Origin: Sumerlaeia bacterium
Lineage (GTDB): Bacteria; Sumerlaeota; Sumerlaeia; SLMS01; JAHLLQ01
Assembly (NCBI GenBank): GCA_040219255.1
Contig: JAVJSW010000016.1
Span: forward strand, 16,072 to 80,071
Length of the DNA: 64,000 nt
Direction of reading: 5' to 3'
A model generated the notes under the pieces. The model worked only from the letters and a program-made list of their open reading frames with translations, did not search any database and was not told the origin of the DNA. Each line of letters begins with the position of its first letter. Position 1 is the stretch's first letter. The position numbers and the translations under genes are program-made. Positions 37,072 through 47,361 of this stretch are shown piece after piece.

Positions 37072-38245
37072 GCAACTCCCCCGCCCGGCTCTCGCCGTCG
37101 AGCGCCTCCCAGAACGGCTGGAGAATACGGGCGGCGGCGTCTTCCGGAGTGAGGGGTGGCTGGAAATCGCCCGCCTGACCTTCGTTCATGCCTGAAAACC
37201 AACCCGGATCGATGCTGACCATCGCGATGCCATCGGCGGCGTAATCGGCGGCGCAAGTGCGCGTCAGTATGTTCAGCGACGCCTTGGCCATGTTCGTGTG
37301 GGGATGGTGGCCGCAGGCGTCGCGGCGGGCGAAGCGGCCCTCCTGCGACGTCACATAGACGATGGTACGCCCCGCAAGTGGCGCTCTCGCCAGCAAAGGC
37401 CGCAAGGCGCGGCAGAGGACGAATGGCGCCGTGACGTTGATGAGCTGGACCGCCACCATCTCGCGAATCCTCACATCTCCGATTTTACTGTTCCAAGCGA
37501 GAGTTGCATTCGCAGAAGAATCTTGTAATCCGGTCTCCCGTGCCGCCTCCACTTCCAGCCCTCCGGGCAGAAACCCCGCCGGGCGCTCCGCCGCGAGAAG
37601 CGCCCGCATTTCACCATCCGGCATCGGGTTTGTCCGCGCCGCGTTGTTCACCAGAAGGTCCAAATGGGGCAGAACGGACAGGCATTGCCCGGCGAAGGCT
37701 TCGAGAGCGGGCACGTCGCGGAAGTCGAGCCCATGAACGAACAGCCGGTCCCGCCACGTTTCGAACCCCGCCTCCGCTCCAAACCGGCGCCAGGCATCCG
37801 CTGGAAAGCGGGTCGTCACATGCACCTCGGCGCCGCAAGCGAGCAGTCGCCGCGCCACCGCGAATCCCGACTTCACCCGGCCTCCGGTGACCAGCGCCAC
37901 CCGGCCCCGCAGGTCAGCCGTCCGCTCGCGCCACATCAGGTTATCTTCGCCGCAGAGAAAGCAGCAGGCGGCGTAATCGGGATGGCGTTCCGCGCTCTGG
38001 CGCCCGCACTGGTAGCAGGCCGGTGGCGAGTCTCGCCCGGGTCCGGCGGGCGGGGCGGCGGGCGGCCGCTGGAGCGCTCCGAAAATCCGCTGGCGGCTCC
38101 GCTTGCGCCCCTGCTTGTAAAGACGGGTGACGAGTCCCTTCAGCACTTGCTCGTCGGGAATCGGCGCCTGTCCGCGCGCGAGGGATCGCAGCACCCGGAG
38201 GCAATTGTTCCAGTCCGCCTGGGAAATGTCGCGTTGGGGTTTCAT
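37043..38245 (-). CDS. Atypical SDR oxidoreductase with N-terminal Cys cluster
   Basis: ALVTGGRVKSG, TTRFP, LDLLVNNAA, HPHTNMAKASLN, SIDPGW; CYQC…CCFLC. Confidence 0.8.
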   Translation of the reverse strand: MKPQRDISQADWNNCLRVLRSLARGQAPIPDEQVLKGLVTRLYKQGRKRSRQRIFGALQRPPAAPPAGPGRDSPPACYQCGRQSAERHPDYAACCFLCGEDNLMWRERTADLRGRVALVTGGRVKSGFAVARRLLACGAEVHVTTRFPADAWRRFGAEAGFETWRDRLFVHGLDFRDVPALEAFAGQCLSVLPHLDLLVNNAARTNPMPDGEMRALLAAERPAGFLPGGLEVEAARETGLQDSSANATLAWNSKIGDVRIREMVAVQLINVTAPFVLCRALRPLLARAPLAGRTIVYVTSQEGRFARRDACGHHPHTNMAKASLNILTRTCAADYAADGIAMVSIDPGWFSGMNEGQAGDFQPPLTPEDAAARILQPFWEALDGESRAGELLKNFRSAEW

Positions 38246-38353
38246 TCCGCGCCGTTACAAAGGCCTGTGTAAGTCCTGCAAATCGGGGTTGCCATGGTCT
38301 AAATGACTCGCCACAGTATTTAGGACACTTGAGTGCGCAAAGGGTTTTCCGCA

Positions 38354-38962
38354 ATGCCTCGCTTCCCACGCCGTGAAGGCGAAATGATTATCCTCTCGGA
38401 CAACATGATCTCCGGGTTGACCATGTACGCGAAGTATTTCCCCAACGCGGACGTCGACGGGCTCAACGCCCTTCGCCAGGACTACCAGGACAAAAAGGAA
38501 TCGCAGCTCGAAGCGCTCGAGAAGTACAAAGCGACCACCGAAGCCAAGGACGAAGCGCTCGTCGAGCTGGTGCGCAAAATGAAGCTCGAGTTGCGGCAAG
38601 CTGAGATTGACGTCAAAGACGATCCCGACAAACTGGAACGGATCGGGTGGGGTGGCGAATCGGAAGTCACCATGACGCCTCCCCCCGGCGAACCTCGCGA
38701 TTTGACCCTCGTGGGCGTCGAGCCCGATGGCATCCGGCTGACTTGGAAACCGCCCGCCCGCGGCACCGGCGGCAAGGTCGCAGTCTATGTCATCGAACGG
38801 CAAGACAACGGCGAAGGGGAATGGCTTCGAGTTGACAATGCCTACGACACCGAAATCAAACTCTCGAACCAGCCCCGCGGGATGGACATGCGCTTTCGCG
38901 TCTCCGCCGAAAACCAAAAAGGCACCTCCGTCCCCAGCAACGTTATCACCGTCAGCCTCTAA
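38354..38962 (+). CDS. Helical N-domain plus fibronectin type III domain protein
   Basis: PPGEPRDL…IRLTWKPP…GG…YVIER…FRVSAENQKGTSVPSN. Confidence 0.8.
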   Translation: MPRFPRREGEMIILSDNMISGLTMYAKYFPNADVDGLNALRQDYQDKKESQLEALEKYKATTEAKDEALVELVRKMKLELRQAEIDVKDDPDKLERIGWGGESEVTMTPPPGEPRDLTLVGVEPDGIRLTWKPPARGTGGKVAVYVIERQDNGEGEWLRVDNAYDTEIKLSNQPRGMDMRFRVSAENQKGTSVPSNVITVSL

Positions 38963-39002
38963 GACCCACCGGCCCTCGCCAAAATCCAATCGATAGGCCC
39001 AC

Positions 39003-42000
39003 ATGGATACCGAGCGACGGGAGACCGAGGACACCCCGCCCCCTATCAACAGGCTGCCCGCGACCGATACCTATATCGGCGATAGTCAAACAGGCTCGCT
39101 CATCCCGAAAGCGGACATCTCGGAGACCTTTCTTCTCGATGACGAGGATGATCTTCTTCCCATCCTCGAAGACTCCACCGATCTGAAAATCGCCCACCCG
39201 GACACTGAATTCCCGGACGAGGACGACGAGGATGAGATCGCCGTCCTGGCCGAGCCCGCGCTTCCCACTCCGCCCCGCAAACCGGCCTCGGAAACCCGTC
39301 CCTCCTCCAAGTCCTATCCCCCACCCTCCCCGGTCTCCGGCGCCCTCGCGCCCTTTGCCCCCTCCTACCGCCTCGAAAAGCTTCTCGGCCGCGGCGGCTA
39401 CGGCGAAGTCTGGGAGACGGTCCAGGTCTCCCTCGGCCGCGTCATCGCCGTCAAACGCCCCCGCAAATTCGACAGCTCGACCCCCACCTCGACCTGCCCC
39501 GACCCCAGCAATGTCGAATTCAACTTCCGCCACGAGGCCCTGATCACCGCCGCCCTCGAGCACCCCAACATCGTCCCTGTCCACGAACTGAGCTACAGCC
39601 CCGACGGCCAGCCCCAGCTCGCCATGAAGCTCGTTCGCGGTCAGTCCTGGCAGCAATACCTCTGGCAGGACGAGGACCTGCCCATCGAGGATTATCTGGC
39701 CAAGCATCTGCCCATCCTGATCAGCATGGCCCAGGCCGTCGCCTTCGCCCACAGCAAAGGCATCGTCCACCGCGACCTCAAGCCGCAGCAGGTCATGGTC
39801 GGCAGCTACGGCGAAGCGCTGCTGATGGACTGGGGCCTGGCGCTGGTCTTCGATCGCGAGCGCGCCTCCGTCTCCTCGCCCCACCTTCTCGAAGAAGGCT
39901 TCGTCCTGACCCCCGAATCGGCCCCCAATCCGGCCGGAACGCCCGCCTACATGGCTCCCGAGCAGACCGAACGTTCGGCCCAGAACATCGGCCCCTGGAC
40001 GGACATTTACCTCCTCGGCGGCACGCTCTACTACATGTTGTCCGGCCGGACGCCCCACGGCTCGAAGGACGTCGAGGACGCCTTCTCCAAAGCCCAGAAG
40101 GGCGAAGTCCGCCCCTTCCGTCCCCGCAAGAAGGAATCGCCTCCCCCCGACGAACTGATCGAACTCTGCATGCGATCCATGGACGGCGACTTCGCCAGCC
40201 GCCCCAAGTCCGTCGAGGAATTCATCCAGCCCCTGCAAGACTATCTCTCTGGCGCCGGACGCCGGCGCGAGAGCCGCGCCATCGGCCGCCGCGTCAGCCG
40301 ACGCCTGCAGGAAACGCGCGGCGGCGAAGACATGGAGTATCAGGAGCTGAACGAACTGCGCTCGGAAGTGGAAACGGCGCTCCAGCTCTGGCCCTCTAGC
40401 GGCCAGGCCAAGGCTCTGCGCTCCGCCATCCTCACCGTCCACGCGCGCCAGGCCGTCCAATCCGGCGACCTGCGCCTTGCCGAATCGCTCGCCGGAATCA
40501 TGCGCCAGGGCGAGGAACGGAATCAAATCCTGAATCAAATCCAGGCCGCCCGGTCCCAACGCCGGCGCCTGCGCGATCAGCGCCGATTCCTCATCGGAGC
40601 CATCACGACCCTGGCCTTCCTCCTCCTGGCCGCCCTCGCCACCTTCTTCGGCTATCGCTCCCGTCAGGCCCAGCTCGCCGCCACCGCCGCCGCCGAACGG
40701 CTCCAGGAAGCCCGCCGCACCCAGTACGCCGCCAGCATGAAATTCGCTCAGAGCCGCATCGACGACGGCGATATGCGCGAGGCCGAAACCATCCTGATTT
40801 CCTCCCCCACCGAGGAGCGCGGCGCCGAATGGGGCTTCCTCATGCGCCAGGTCCACCCCGAGCTGCTCGAGCTCAAGGGCCCCGCCGGCACCCTCACCTC
40901 TATCAGTTTCAGCGCCAACGGCTCCCACCTGATCCTGACGTCCGAGGACTCCAACGCCTTCGTTTACGACCTTACCAGCGGGACCCTCCAGCGCAAGCTC
41001 ACGGGCCGGGGCAAGCGCCTCATCGCCGGCGCCATCAGTCCCAACGGCCACTTCGCCGCCACCCTCGAGGACGCGGGCAAACTCCGAGTCTTCTCCAACG
41101 CGACCGGCTCCCTCCTCGGCGATTGGGACATCAACGGCACTCTGGTCGAGTTCTCCCCCACCGAACCCAAACTCGTCGTCGGCGGCCGCAGCGGCGCCGC
41201 CTACCTTGTCGAAAAAATCAACGCCGACGGCTCCGACCTGATCCAGGTCCACACGCTCCAAGCCCACAGCCGCGAGCTGCGCGCCGCGCGCTTCGACCCT
41301 CGCGGCCGCTTTCTCGTTACCGCCTCCTACGACAACACCGCCAAAGTCTGGGACCTGAGCACCAAGCGCGTGATCTACTCCCTCTTCGGCCACAATTCGG
41401 GCCTGACGGATGCCCGATTCAGCCAGGACGGATCGCGCATCGCCACCTTTTCCTACGATGGGACCGCCCGCCTCTGGGACTCGGTCCAGGGCTCTCTCCT
41501 CCTCGTCCTCCGCAGCGTCCACTCCCAAGGCATGACCTCCGGCGATTTCAGCCCCGACGGCCGCCATCTTGTCAGCGCCGGCCGCAACGGCGACCTCTAC
41601 CTTTGGGAAGTCGCCACCGGCTCCCAGCTCTACCAGATCTCGGCCCACGACTCGGAAGTTTTCTCCGCCCAGTTCTCCCCCGATGGCACCCAAATCCTCA
41701 CCCAGGACGTGAACGGCGTGATCCGCGTCTGGGACGCCCCCTCGGGTCAACTGGTGCGCGAGTTGACCGGCGACGCCAGTCCCTTCGCCGCCCCACGATA
41801 CAGCCCCGAAGGCCGCCTCCTGGCCTATTCCTCGGGCATCGGCATCGCCCACATCAGCACCGCCCGCCCCGGCCTTTACAGCCTGCGCTTCGGAACCGGA
41901 CTCCACGAAGGCAGACCCTTCTCCACCGCCGTCTCGCCCGATGGCAAGACGGTCGCCCTCGCCTATTCCAACGGCACCGTCGGCCTCTTCGACCGTGAAT

Positions 42001-43304
42001 CCGGCACCCTCCTCAGGTCCTTCAAGGCCCACCCCCGCGAAGTCTCCGGCGTCGCCTTCACCCCCTCGGGAGAGCAGCTCGTATCCGGTTCCTACGACGG
42101 TACGGCCAAGATTTGGCAGATCGACACCGGCGATCTCCTCCACACCCTGCAGGGCCACGACAAGGAAGTCACCAGCGTCGCCGTCTCCTCCCTCGGCACC
42201 GTGGCCACCTCCTCCTTCGACGGCACCGTGCGCCTCTGGTCCGGACGCGACGGCAAGCCTGTCGCCGTCCTCAGGGGCCACGAAGGTCCCGTCTTATCCA
42301 TCGCCTTCTCGCGCAACGGCCGCGCCCTCGCCTCTGGCAGCAGCGACCTCACCGCCCGTCTCTGGACCCTGCCCCGAGGCGAGAACGCTCTCGTCTTCGC
42401 CGGCCATGGCGACGCCGTCTCCGCCGTCGAGTTCAACCCAAGTGGCTCGCGAATCATTACCGGTTCCCGGGACCGCCGCCTGCGCCTTTGGGACACGGAA
42501 ACCGGGTCCGGTCTCATGTGGTTCGTCGGCCACGAAGACAGCGTCACCGACATCGTCTATCCGCCCGACGAACGCACCTTCATCTCGACTTCGACAGACG
42601 GGACATTCCGCGTCTGGGACCGCGTCACCGGTGTGGAACTGAGTCACCTCGACACTGGGGTCCCGCTCATCTCCGCCGTCTGGCTCGCCGACACCAGCTC
42701 GCTCCTGACCGCGTCGCCACGCCACGGCGCTCAGATCTGGCAACCGACCCCCTGGCTCTGGCCGGGCGGCGAAGCGGACTTCGAATCGCAATTCGCCCAG
42801 TGGCAGCGCGAAACCTATCGCAAGCGCCTTCGCCAGATGCCCCCCGCCCGCTCCCTCCAGATTCCCGACAACGCCGACGAGGAACGCGATCTCTCTCCCT
42901 TCGCCTGGTACATTCGCGAAGCCAAAGGCCCCCTGCGCGTCGACGATCAGGGCCGCCTCGAACGCGGAACGCCCCTGCGCGTTCTGGTCTTCACCCGCCG
43001 CAACGAACCGGGAGCCCGCATGTACATCGCGGGCAACACGCCTCAGATCGGCGACTGGGAACCGGGCGCCGTCGCCTTCGACTACCTGGAAGAAACCCCC
43101 TACGGTCACATCTGGGAATTGAATCTGAAATACGAACCGATGAGCTTCAAATTCACCTACGGCCAACCGGGAGAAGGCTGGGCCGCCGGCGAATGGTGGG
43201 GCGACGACAATCGCTCCCTCCCCTCCCAGGCCGCTCGCCTCTACAGCCTTCCCGACGGCTCCCTGCTTTTGCTTGCCGAATTCGGTAAACGTCCTTCCCA
43301 GTAG
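39003..43304 (+). CDS. Hanks-type Ser/Thr kinase - TM - WD40 propellers - CBM20-like domain
   Basis: LGRGGYGEV, AVK, HRDLKPQQ, DWG, GTPAYMAPE; TM FLIGAITTLAFLLLAALATFF; many GH…WD repeats; C-terminal YIAGNTPQIGDW…FKF…EW…NR. Confidence 0.9.
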   Translation: MDTERRETEDTPPPINRLPATDTYIGDSQTGSLIPKADISETFLLDDEDDLLPILEDSTDLKIAHPDTEFPDEDDEDEIAVLAEPALPTPPRKPASETRPSSKSYPPPSPVSGALAPFAPSYRLEKLLGRGGYGEVWETVQVSLGRVIAVKRPRKFDSSTPTSTCPDPSNVEFNFRHEALITAALEHPNIVPVHELSYSPDGQPQLAMKLVRGQSWQQYLWQDEDLPIEDYLAKHLPILISMAQAVAFAHSKGIVHRDLKPQQVMVGSYGEALLMDWGLALVFDRERASVSSPHLLEEGFVLTPESAPNPAGTPAYMAPEQTERSAQNIGPWTDIYLLGGTLYYMLSGRTPHGSKDVEDAFSKAQKGEVRPFRPRKKESPPPDELIELCMRSMDGDFASRPKSVEEFIQPLQDYLSGAGRRRESRAIGRRVSRRLQETRGGEDMEYQELNELRSEVETALQLWPSSGQAKALRSAILTVHARQAVQSGDLRLAESLAGIMRQGEERNQILNQIQAARSQRRRLRDQRRFLIGAITTLAFLLLAALATFFGYRSRQAQLAATAAAERLQEARRTQYAASMKFAQSRIDDGDMREAETILISSPTEERGAEWGFLMRQVHPELLELKGPAGTLTSISFSANGSHLILTSEDSNAFVYDLTSGTLQRKLTGRGKRLIAGAISPNGHFAATLEDAGKLRVFSNATGSLLGDWDINGTLVEFSPTEPKLVVGGRSGAAYLVEKINADGSDLIQVHTLQAHSRELRAARFDPRGRFLVTASYDNTAKVWDLSTKRVIYSLFGHNSGLTDARFSQDGSRIATFSYDGTARLWDSVQGSLLLVLRSVHSQGMTSGDFSPDGRHLVSAGRNGDLYLWEVATGSQLYQISAHDSEVFSAQFSPDGTQILTQDVNGVIRVWDAPSGQLVRELTGDASPFAAPRYSPEGRLLAYSSGIGIAHISTARPGLYSLRFGTGLHEGRPFSTAVSPDGKTVALAYSNGTVGLFDRESGTLLRSFKAHPREVSGVAFTPSGEQLVSGSYDGTAKIWQIDTGDLLHTLQGHDKEVTSVAVSSLGTVATSSFDGTVRLWSGRDGKPVAVLRGHEGPVLSIAFSRNGRALASGSSDLTARLWTLPRGENALVFAGHGDAVSAVEFNPSGSRIITGSRDRRLRLWDTETGSGLMWFVGHEDSVTDIVYPPDERTFISTSTDGTFRVWDRVTGVELSHLDTGVPLISAVWLADTSSLLTASPRHGAQIWQPTPWLWPGGEADFESQFAQWQRETYRKRLRQMPPARSLQIPDNADEERDLSPFAWYIREAKGPLRVDDQGRLERGTPLRVLVFTRRNEPGARMYIAGNTPQIGDWEPGAVAFDYLEETPYGHIWELNLKYEPMSFKFTYGQPGEGWAAGEWWGDDNRSLPSQAARLYSLPDGSLLLLAEFGKRPSQ

Positions 43305-43308
43305 CCTC

Positions 43309-44127
43309 ATGCTGTCAACCTACGCCCGCATCAAACGCCGCACCTGGCTCATTCTCGAGGTCGCCGACACCGATGATACGGCCTCGCGCGCCTTCGATTT
43401 CTTCATCATGGCCCTCATCCTGGCCAACATTCTGGCCGTTATCCTCGAAACGGTCGAGTCCCTGCGGGAGGATTATGGCCCTTTCTTCATGGCTTTCGAG
43501 GCCTTCTCCGTCGCCGTTTTCCTCGCCGAATACCTCCTGCGCGTCTGGTCCTGCACCAGTTCCACCCGCTTCCCGGGCTCCCTCACCGGACGGACGCGCT
43601 TCGCCGTCACGCCCCTGGCGATCGTCGATCTGCTGGCCATCCTTCCGGCCCTGCTTCCCCTCTTCGGCACAATGGACGCCCGCATGCTGCGCGCCTTGCG
43701 GCTCTTGCGCATCTTCCGCCTCCTCAAACTCGGCCGCTACGCCGAGACCTCCTCTCTCTTCGCCAAGACGCTGAAGTCCAAGCGCGAGGAGCTCACCATC
43801 ACCCTCGCCGTCCTCAGCGTCCTCCTCGTGATCGCATCCAGCCTCATGTACCAGGCCGAGCACCAAGCGCAGCCCGAAGCCTTTCCCGACATTCCATCGG
43901 CCATGTGGTGGGGCATTATCACCCTCACGACGGTTGGCTATGGCGACATTTCGCCGGTGACGCCCATGGGCAAACTCATCGGCGGATTCATCGCCGTGCT
44001 CGGCGTGGGACTCTTCGCACTACCCGCGGGCATCCTCGCCTCCGGTTTTTCTGAAGCCATCAAGGCCGCCAAAGGCCAAGCGCGCCGCTGCCCCAGTTGC
44101 GGCTGTCCCCTGCCCGATGACGATTAA
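43309..44127 (+). CDS. 6-TM voltage-gated-type potassium channel
   Basis: S4 RMLRALRLLRIFRLLKLGR; pore WWGIITLTTVGYGD; C-terminal CPSC. Confidence 0.92.
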   Translation: MLSTYARIKRRTWLILEVADTDDTASRAFDFFIMALILANILAVILETVESLREDYGPFFMAFEAFSVAVFLAEYLLRVWSCTSSTRFPGSLTGRTRFAVTPLAIVDLLAILPALLPLFGTMDARMLRALRLLRIFRLLKLGRYAETSSLFAKTLKSKREELTITLAVLSVLLVIASSLMYQAEHQAQPEAFPDIPSAMWWGIITLTTVGYGDISPVTPMGKLIGGFIAVLGVGLFALPAGILASGFSEAIKAAKGQARRCPSCGCPLPDDD

Positions 44128-46499
44128 GCCGCCGTCCGCTTGACCCAGATCGGGCTCGACCACGCCATGTGCTCGCCCTCGAACTCGACCCGCAGATAAT
44201 AAAAGTGCTCCTCGCCGGGGGCGATCTCATCGCCGATCGTGAAGCGCTGATCGAAATCGCCGCCGCCGTACTCGTACCAGACCTTGTTGTCCTTCACGAC
44301 GGTCATCCACAGAATGTCCTCGCGCGAAGTGACCCGCGCCAGGATTTCAACCTCGCCGTTTTCCGTTTCGAACTCCGAACCCATCACGTGGTCGTCGATG
44401 CGGAAATCCAGCCGGGGTTTGTTCCCTGTGGTGCCATAGGTTCGGCGGCGTTTCATGGCGTCGAAGATGGCCTCGCGAGTCAGCTCCGGAGCCAGCACCA
44501 CCGCCAGCCCCGTCCTGTGGCAGTCGCGCCGCCGCGCCATGTGGTGGTGCCAGATCAATCCGTGGCTGTCCGATCCGCCAATGATCCCGATGCGCAATCC
44601 CATCGCCAGCGCGTCCTGCACAAAACCCCCGCGCATGCCGCCCCGGTGCGGGATCGGGCGATTGCCCATGTACTCGAACCGCCCATGGTTCGAGCAAATC
44701 TCGACCAGCGGCTGCACGTCCACCTCCGCCTCTTCCCAGTCCGTCCCGAGCCACCCCGTGTGATGCGGAATCCAGATCCCGCCACGCTCTCGCAGCGCCG
44801 CGTTCACCTGCGGCGTTGTGCGGTAATCCGGGTTTGTGTGATCCATCAGCGGCACATCCTTACGCGTCGAAAGGATGCACTTATGCCCGATGCGGATGGG
44901 GACTCGGCCGGTGGTGTATTCCTGGCCGAAGAGCGTCACGAAGCGCCCGTCTACGTGATAGTGATCGGTCAGCTCCTTCTGGTACTCGAACTCCGATGGC
45001 AGGATACTGTTGCGGACAAAGGTGTCGTGGTCCGTCAGGGCGCAGAAATCGTCCTCGTAGTACTCACGCCGCGTGCGGAAATACTCGTCCACATCGCCCA
45101 CGCCGTCCGACATCCACGTGTGGCCGTGGACGTCACCAAAGTACCCCAGCAGCGGCTCCCCGATCCCTTCCAGGTCCTCCAGCGCGTCCCACCGCTTGGG
45201 CGCGTGATTGATGTTGGCGAGGGCGGCAGCCGCCCCGTCCGCTTCTCTACTCGGCATCAATCTCGGCACGCCATCAAAGCCATCGAGCCCCGTCAGGCGT
45301 TGCAAGACATTCGCCCCCAGGTCGCGCCGCACGACCCAGAGCCCGCCCTCGCCGTCGGCTTCGGCACAGAGGAACTGCCCGCGCCCGCCCCAGCCGTCCT
45401 GCGGGAGCCGGTACAGCGGTGACCAACCGGCCGCGCCCAGCGCCTGCACGCAGAAGTTGTGCGATGGCCGCCCCGTGATCACGACTCCTCCGCCGGGCAG
45501 GGCCGCCAACCGTGCGAACTCAAAGCTCTGATCCGTGCCTTCCTTATCCAGGTTCTTGTCGCGCATCGGCTCCGCGGGATCGAGAAACTCGCCGCCCCGC
45601 AGGCAACGCACATAAATCCAGCGGGGAATATCCCACCGGTCCTCGCCTCGCCGGTTCGAATGCCAGGCAACCCACACATCGCCGTTCGCCCCCAGAGTCA
45701 GCGCCGGCGCGTGGTTGAAGGCGGGATGATGCGTCACGCGAAGCTCTTCGCCCACCCCGCCATCCGCCGCCAGATGCCGCATCCGCACCCCCGAGCCCCC
45801 CTGCCTCTCCGCATGATCCCAGGCTACCCAGACCCCACCCTCGCCATCGGGCGCCACCGCCGGGCGCCGGGCGTCCTTGCCTTCTCCGTGGGAGACCGGG
45901 GTGATCTTGCCGAGCCCCCCCTGCCCATCGATCCACCGCCCCACGATCTCGAAGGCGCCCCCCACCTTCCGCTCCCACGCCACGAACGCCCGCTCGCCCG
46001 CCACAGCCACGGCCGGGTGCCAGTTCAGCTCCGCTTCGCCCTCATCCATCTCCACCGCCTCGCCCCAGTCGGGGCCGAACGCCCCGCGCAAGGCCCACCG
46101 CTCCCCCGCCTTCTGGGCCCAGACCGCCAATGCCCCAAAGACCTCTCCATAGGCCAACGCCGGATGCATCACACCTTCGTCCCGGACGAGGGTGTGTCCC
46201 GCCCCGAATGCCCCGTCCACGAACTCCCCCGCCCACAGCGTCTCCGCCACATGATCCGCCGTCACCCACAACAGCAGCACCTTGCCCTCGTCCGCCAGCG
46301 CCAGCCTCGGCGACTCGCTCCGCAATCCCTCGCCCACTTCCTCTGGGCGCGTCAGAGCGAGCCGCTCGTCATCCGCCACCGGCGTCGATTCCTTCTCGTC
46401 CTCCCACGGAATCTGGGCGAGCGCCCGCTCGCCTCCAAAGGTCCAGAGCGCACCCATGCCGAGGGCGGTCGCTTTGAAAAAATGGCGGCGGTTCATCAT
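44124..46499 (-). CDS. Tat-exported protein: beta-propeller-like region plus PHP-like (DUF3604-type) metallohydrolase
   Basis: NRRHFFK Tat signal; FGDVHGHTWMSDG, LTDHD, IPHH, GGSDSH, TREAIFDAMKRRRTYGTTG, AWSSPIWV. Confidence 0.75.
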   Translation of the reverse strand: MMNRRHFFKATALGMGALWTFGGERALAQIPWEDEKESTPVADDERLALTRPEEVGEGLRSESPRLALADEGKVLLLWVTADHVAETLWAGEFVDGAFGAGHTLVRDEGVMHPALAYGEVFGALAVWAQKAGERWALRGAFGPDWGEAVEMDEGEAELNWHPAVAVAGERAFVAWERKVGGAFEIVGRWIDGQGGLGKITPVSHGEGKDARRPAVAPDGEGGVWVAWDHAERQGGSGVRMRHLAADGGVGEELRVTHHPAFNHAPALTLGANGDVWVAWHSNRRGEDRWDIPRWIYVRCLRGGEFLDPAEPMRDKNLDKEGTDQSFEFARLAALPGGGVVITGRPSHNFCVQALGAAGWSPLYRLPQDGWGGRGQFLCAEADGEGGLWVVRRDLGANVLQRLTGLDGFDGVPRLMPSREADGAAAALANINHAPKRWDALEDLEGIGEPLLGYFGDVHGHTWMSDGVGDVDEYFRTRREYYEDDFCALTDHDTFVRNSILPSEFEYQKELTDHYHVDGRFVTLFGQEYTTGRVPIRIGHKCILSTRKDVPLMDHTNPDYRTTPQVNAALRERGGIWIPHHTGWLGTDWEEAEVDVQPLVEICSNHGRFEYMGNRPIPHRGGMRGGFVQDALAMGLRIGIIGGSDSHGLIWHHHMARRRDCHRTGLAVVLAPELTREAIFDAMKRRRTYGTTGNKPRLDFRIDDHVMGSEFETENGEVEILARVTSREDILWMTVVKDNKVWYEYGGGDFDQRFTIGDEIAPGEEHFYYLRVEFEGEHMAWSSPIWVKRTAA

Positions 46500-46651
46500 A
46501 GCGCGATTTCCAAATCGAGAGATTGCCGTCACTCTCCGCCTTATGACAATCAACCGCAACCGGACAGTCGCGCTCCTTCAGGAAACCATTGTGCCCACGC
46601 CTCCTTGCCCTGCATCCCTCCTCAATCCCCCGCCCGCCAAGGAGCTGGCCC

Positions 46652-47287
46652 ATGTCCGATCGGTCCAATGACCCCGTCGATTTCGACGCCGCGAAACAGA
46701 AGTCCGAAATCTTCGAGCCCCTCTTCGAACACTTTCCCCCCGAGGAAGCCGCCGCCTTCCAGGCTATGGACTTTCAGGCCGAACGCGATGCCTGGGTCGA
46801 GCGCACCGCAGCCATCCTGCGCGACAATCCCATTCCCGACACGATCGACCACCTTCAGTTCGTCATTGTCTACATCCCGATCGCGGGTGACGAAGACGGC
46901 GTCTATGCCGACATCATGGTGGGCGCTTCCGAGGACTACGATCCCCTCGCGGAAGGCGACGCCTTCTACGAGGACTATTGCCCTTACCCCAAGCTTTCAA
47001 AGCATCACTCCCCCGTCCTCTCAACCATCGGCCGGGCCTTCGAAGACCTCGATGTGGATGACGTCGGTCTTCCCGAATCCTTCGAACTCGAAATGATGTG
47101 GGCGGCCGGTTGTGTCGATGCGCTCTGCCGGAAATACCCGGACCTTATTGCCGCGCCCCTTGCCAGCCGGACCGTCTATATTGGCTGGAACGAAAACATG
47201 TCCCTGCTCGGCGTGGCCAAGCCAGGCGCCTGGCATCTCTGGGACAACGAGAGCGAGCCCGAGGATTTCCTCGAAGCCATGAGCTAA
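46652..47287 (+). CDS. Acidic hypothetical protein
   Basis: AAGGAG SD before ATG 46652; coding-like codon usage; no family recognised. Confidence 0.65.
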   Translation: MSDRSNDPVDFDAAKQKSEIFEPLFEHFPPEEAAAFQAMDFQAERDAWVERTAAILRDNPIPDTIDHLQFVIVYIPIAGDEDGVYADIMVGASEDYDPLAEGDAFYEDYCPYPKLSKHHSPVLSTIGRAFEDLDVDDVGLPESFELEMMWAAGCVDALCRKYPDLIAAPLASRTVYIGWNENMSLLGVAKPGAWHLWDNESEPEDFLEAMS

Positions 47288-47361
47288 CGCCGCCGGTCCT
47301 TCGTCGTCACCTCGTCATCGGTCGCCAGCCGAACCACTTCCTCGGCCCATGAACCGCCGCC

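Noticed and set aside
38270-38345. c-di-GMP-I riboswitch upstream of the FN3 gene (GCAAA, GCCATGGTCTAA)
   Set aside because: No GNRA-capped stem or second GCAAA in the right arrangement; only a simple imperfect hairpin
38952-42281. 1109-aa minus-strand ORF
   Set aside because: Antisense to the kinase-WD40 gene, which carries the real motifs
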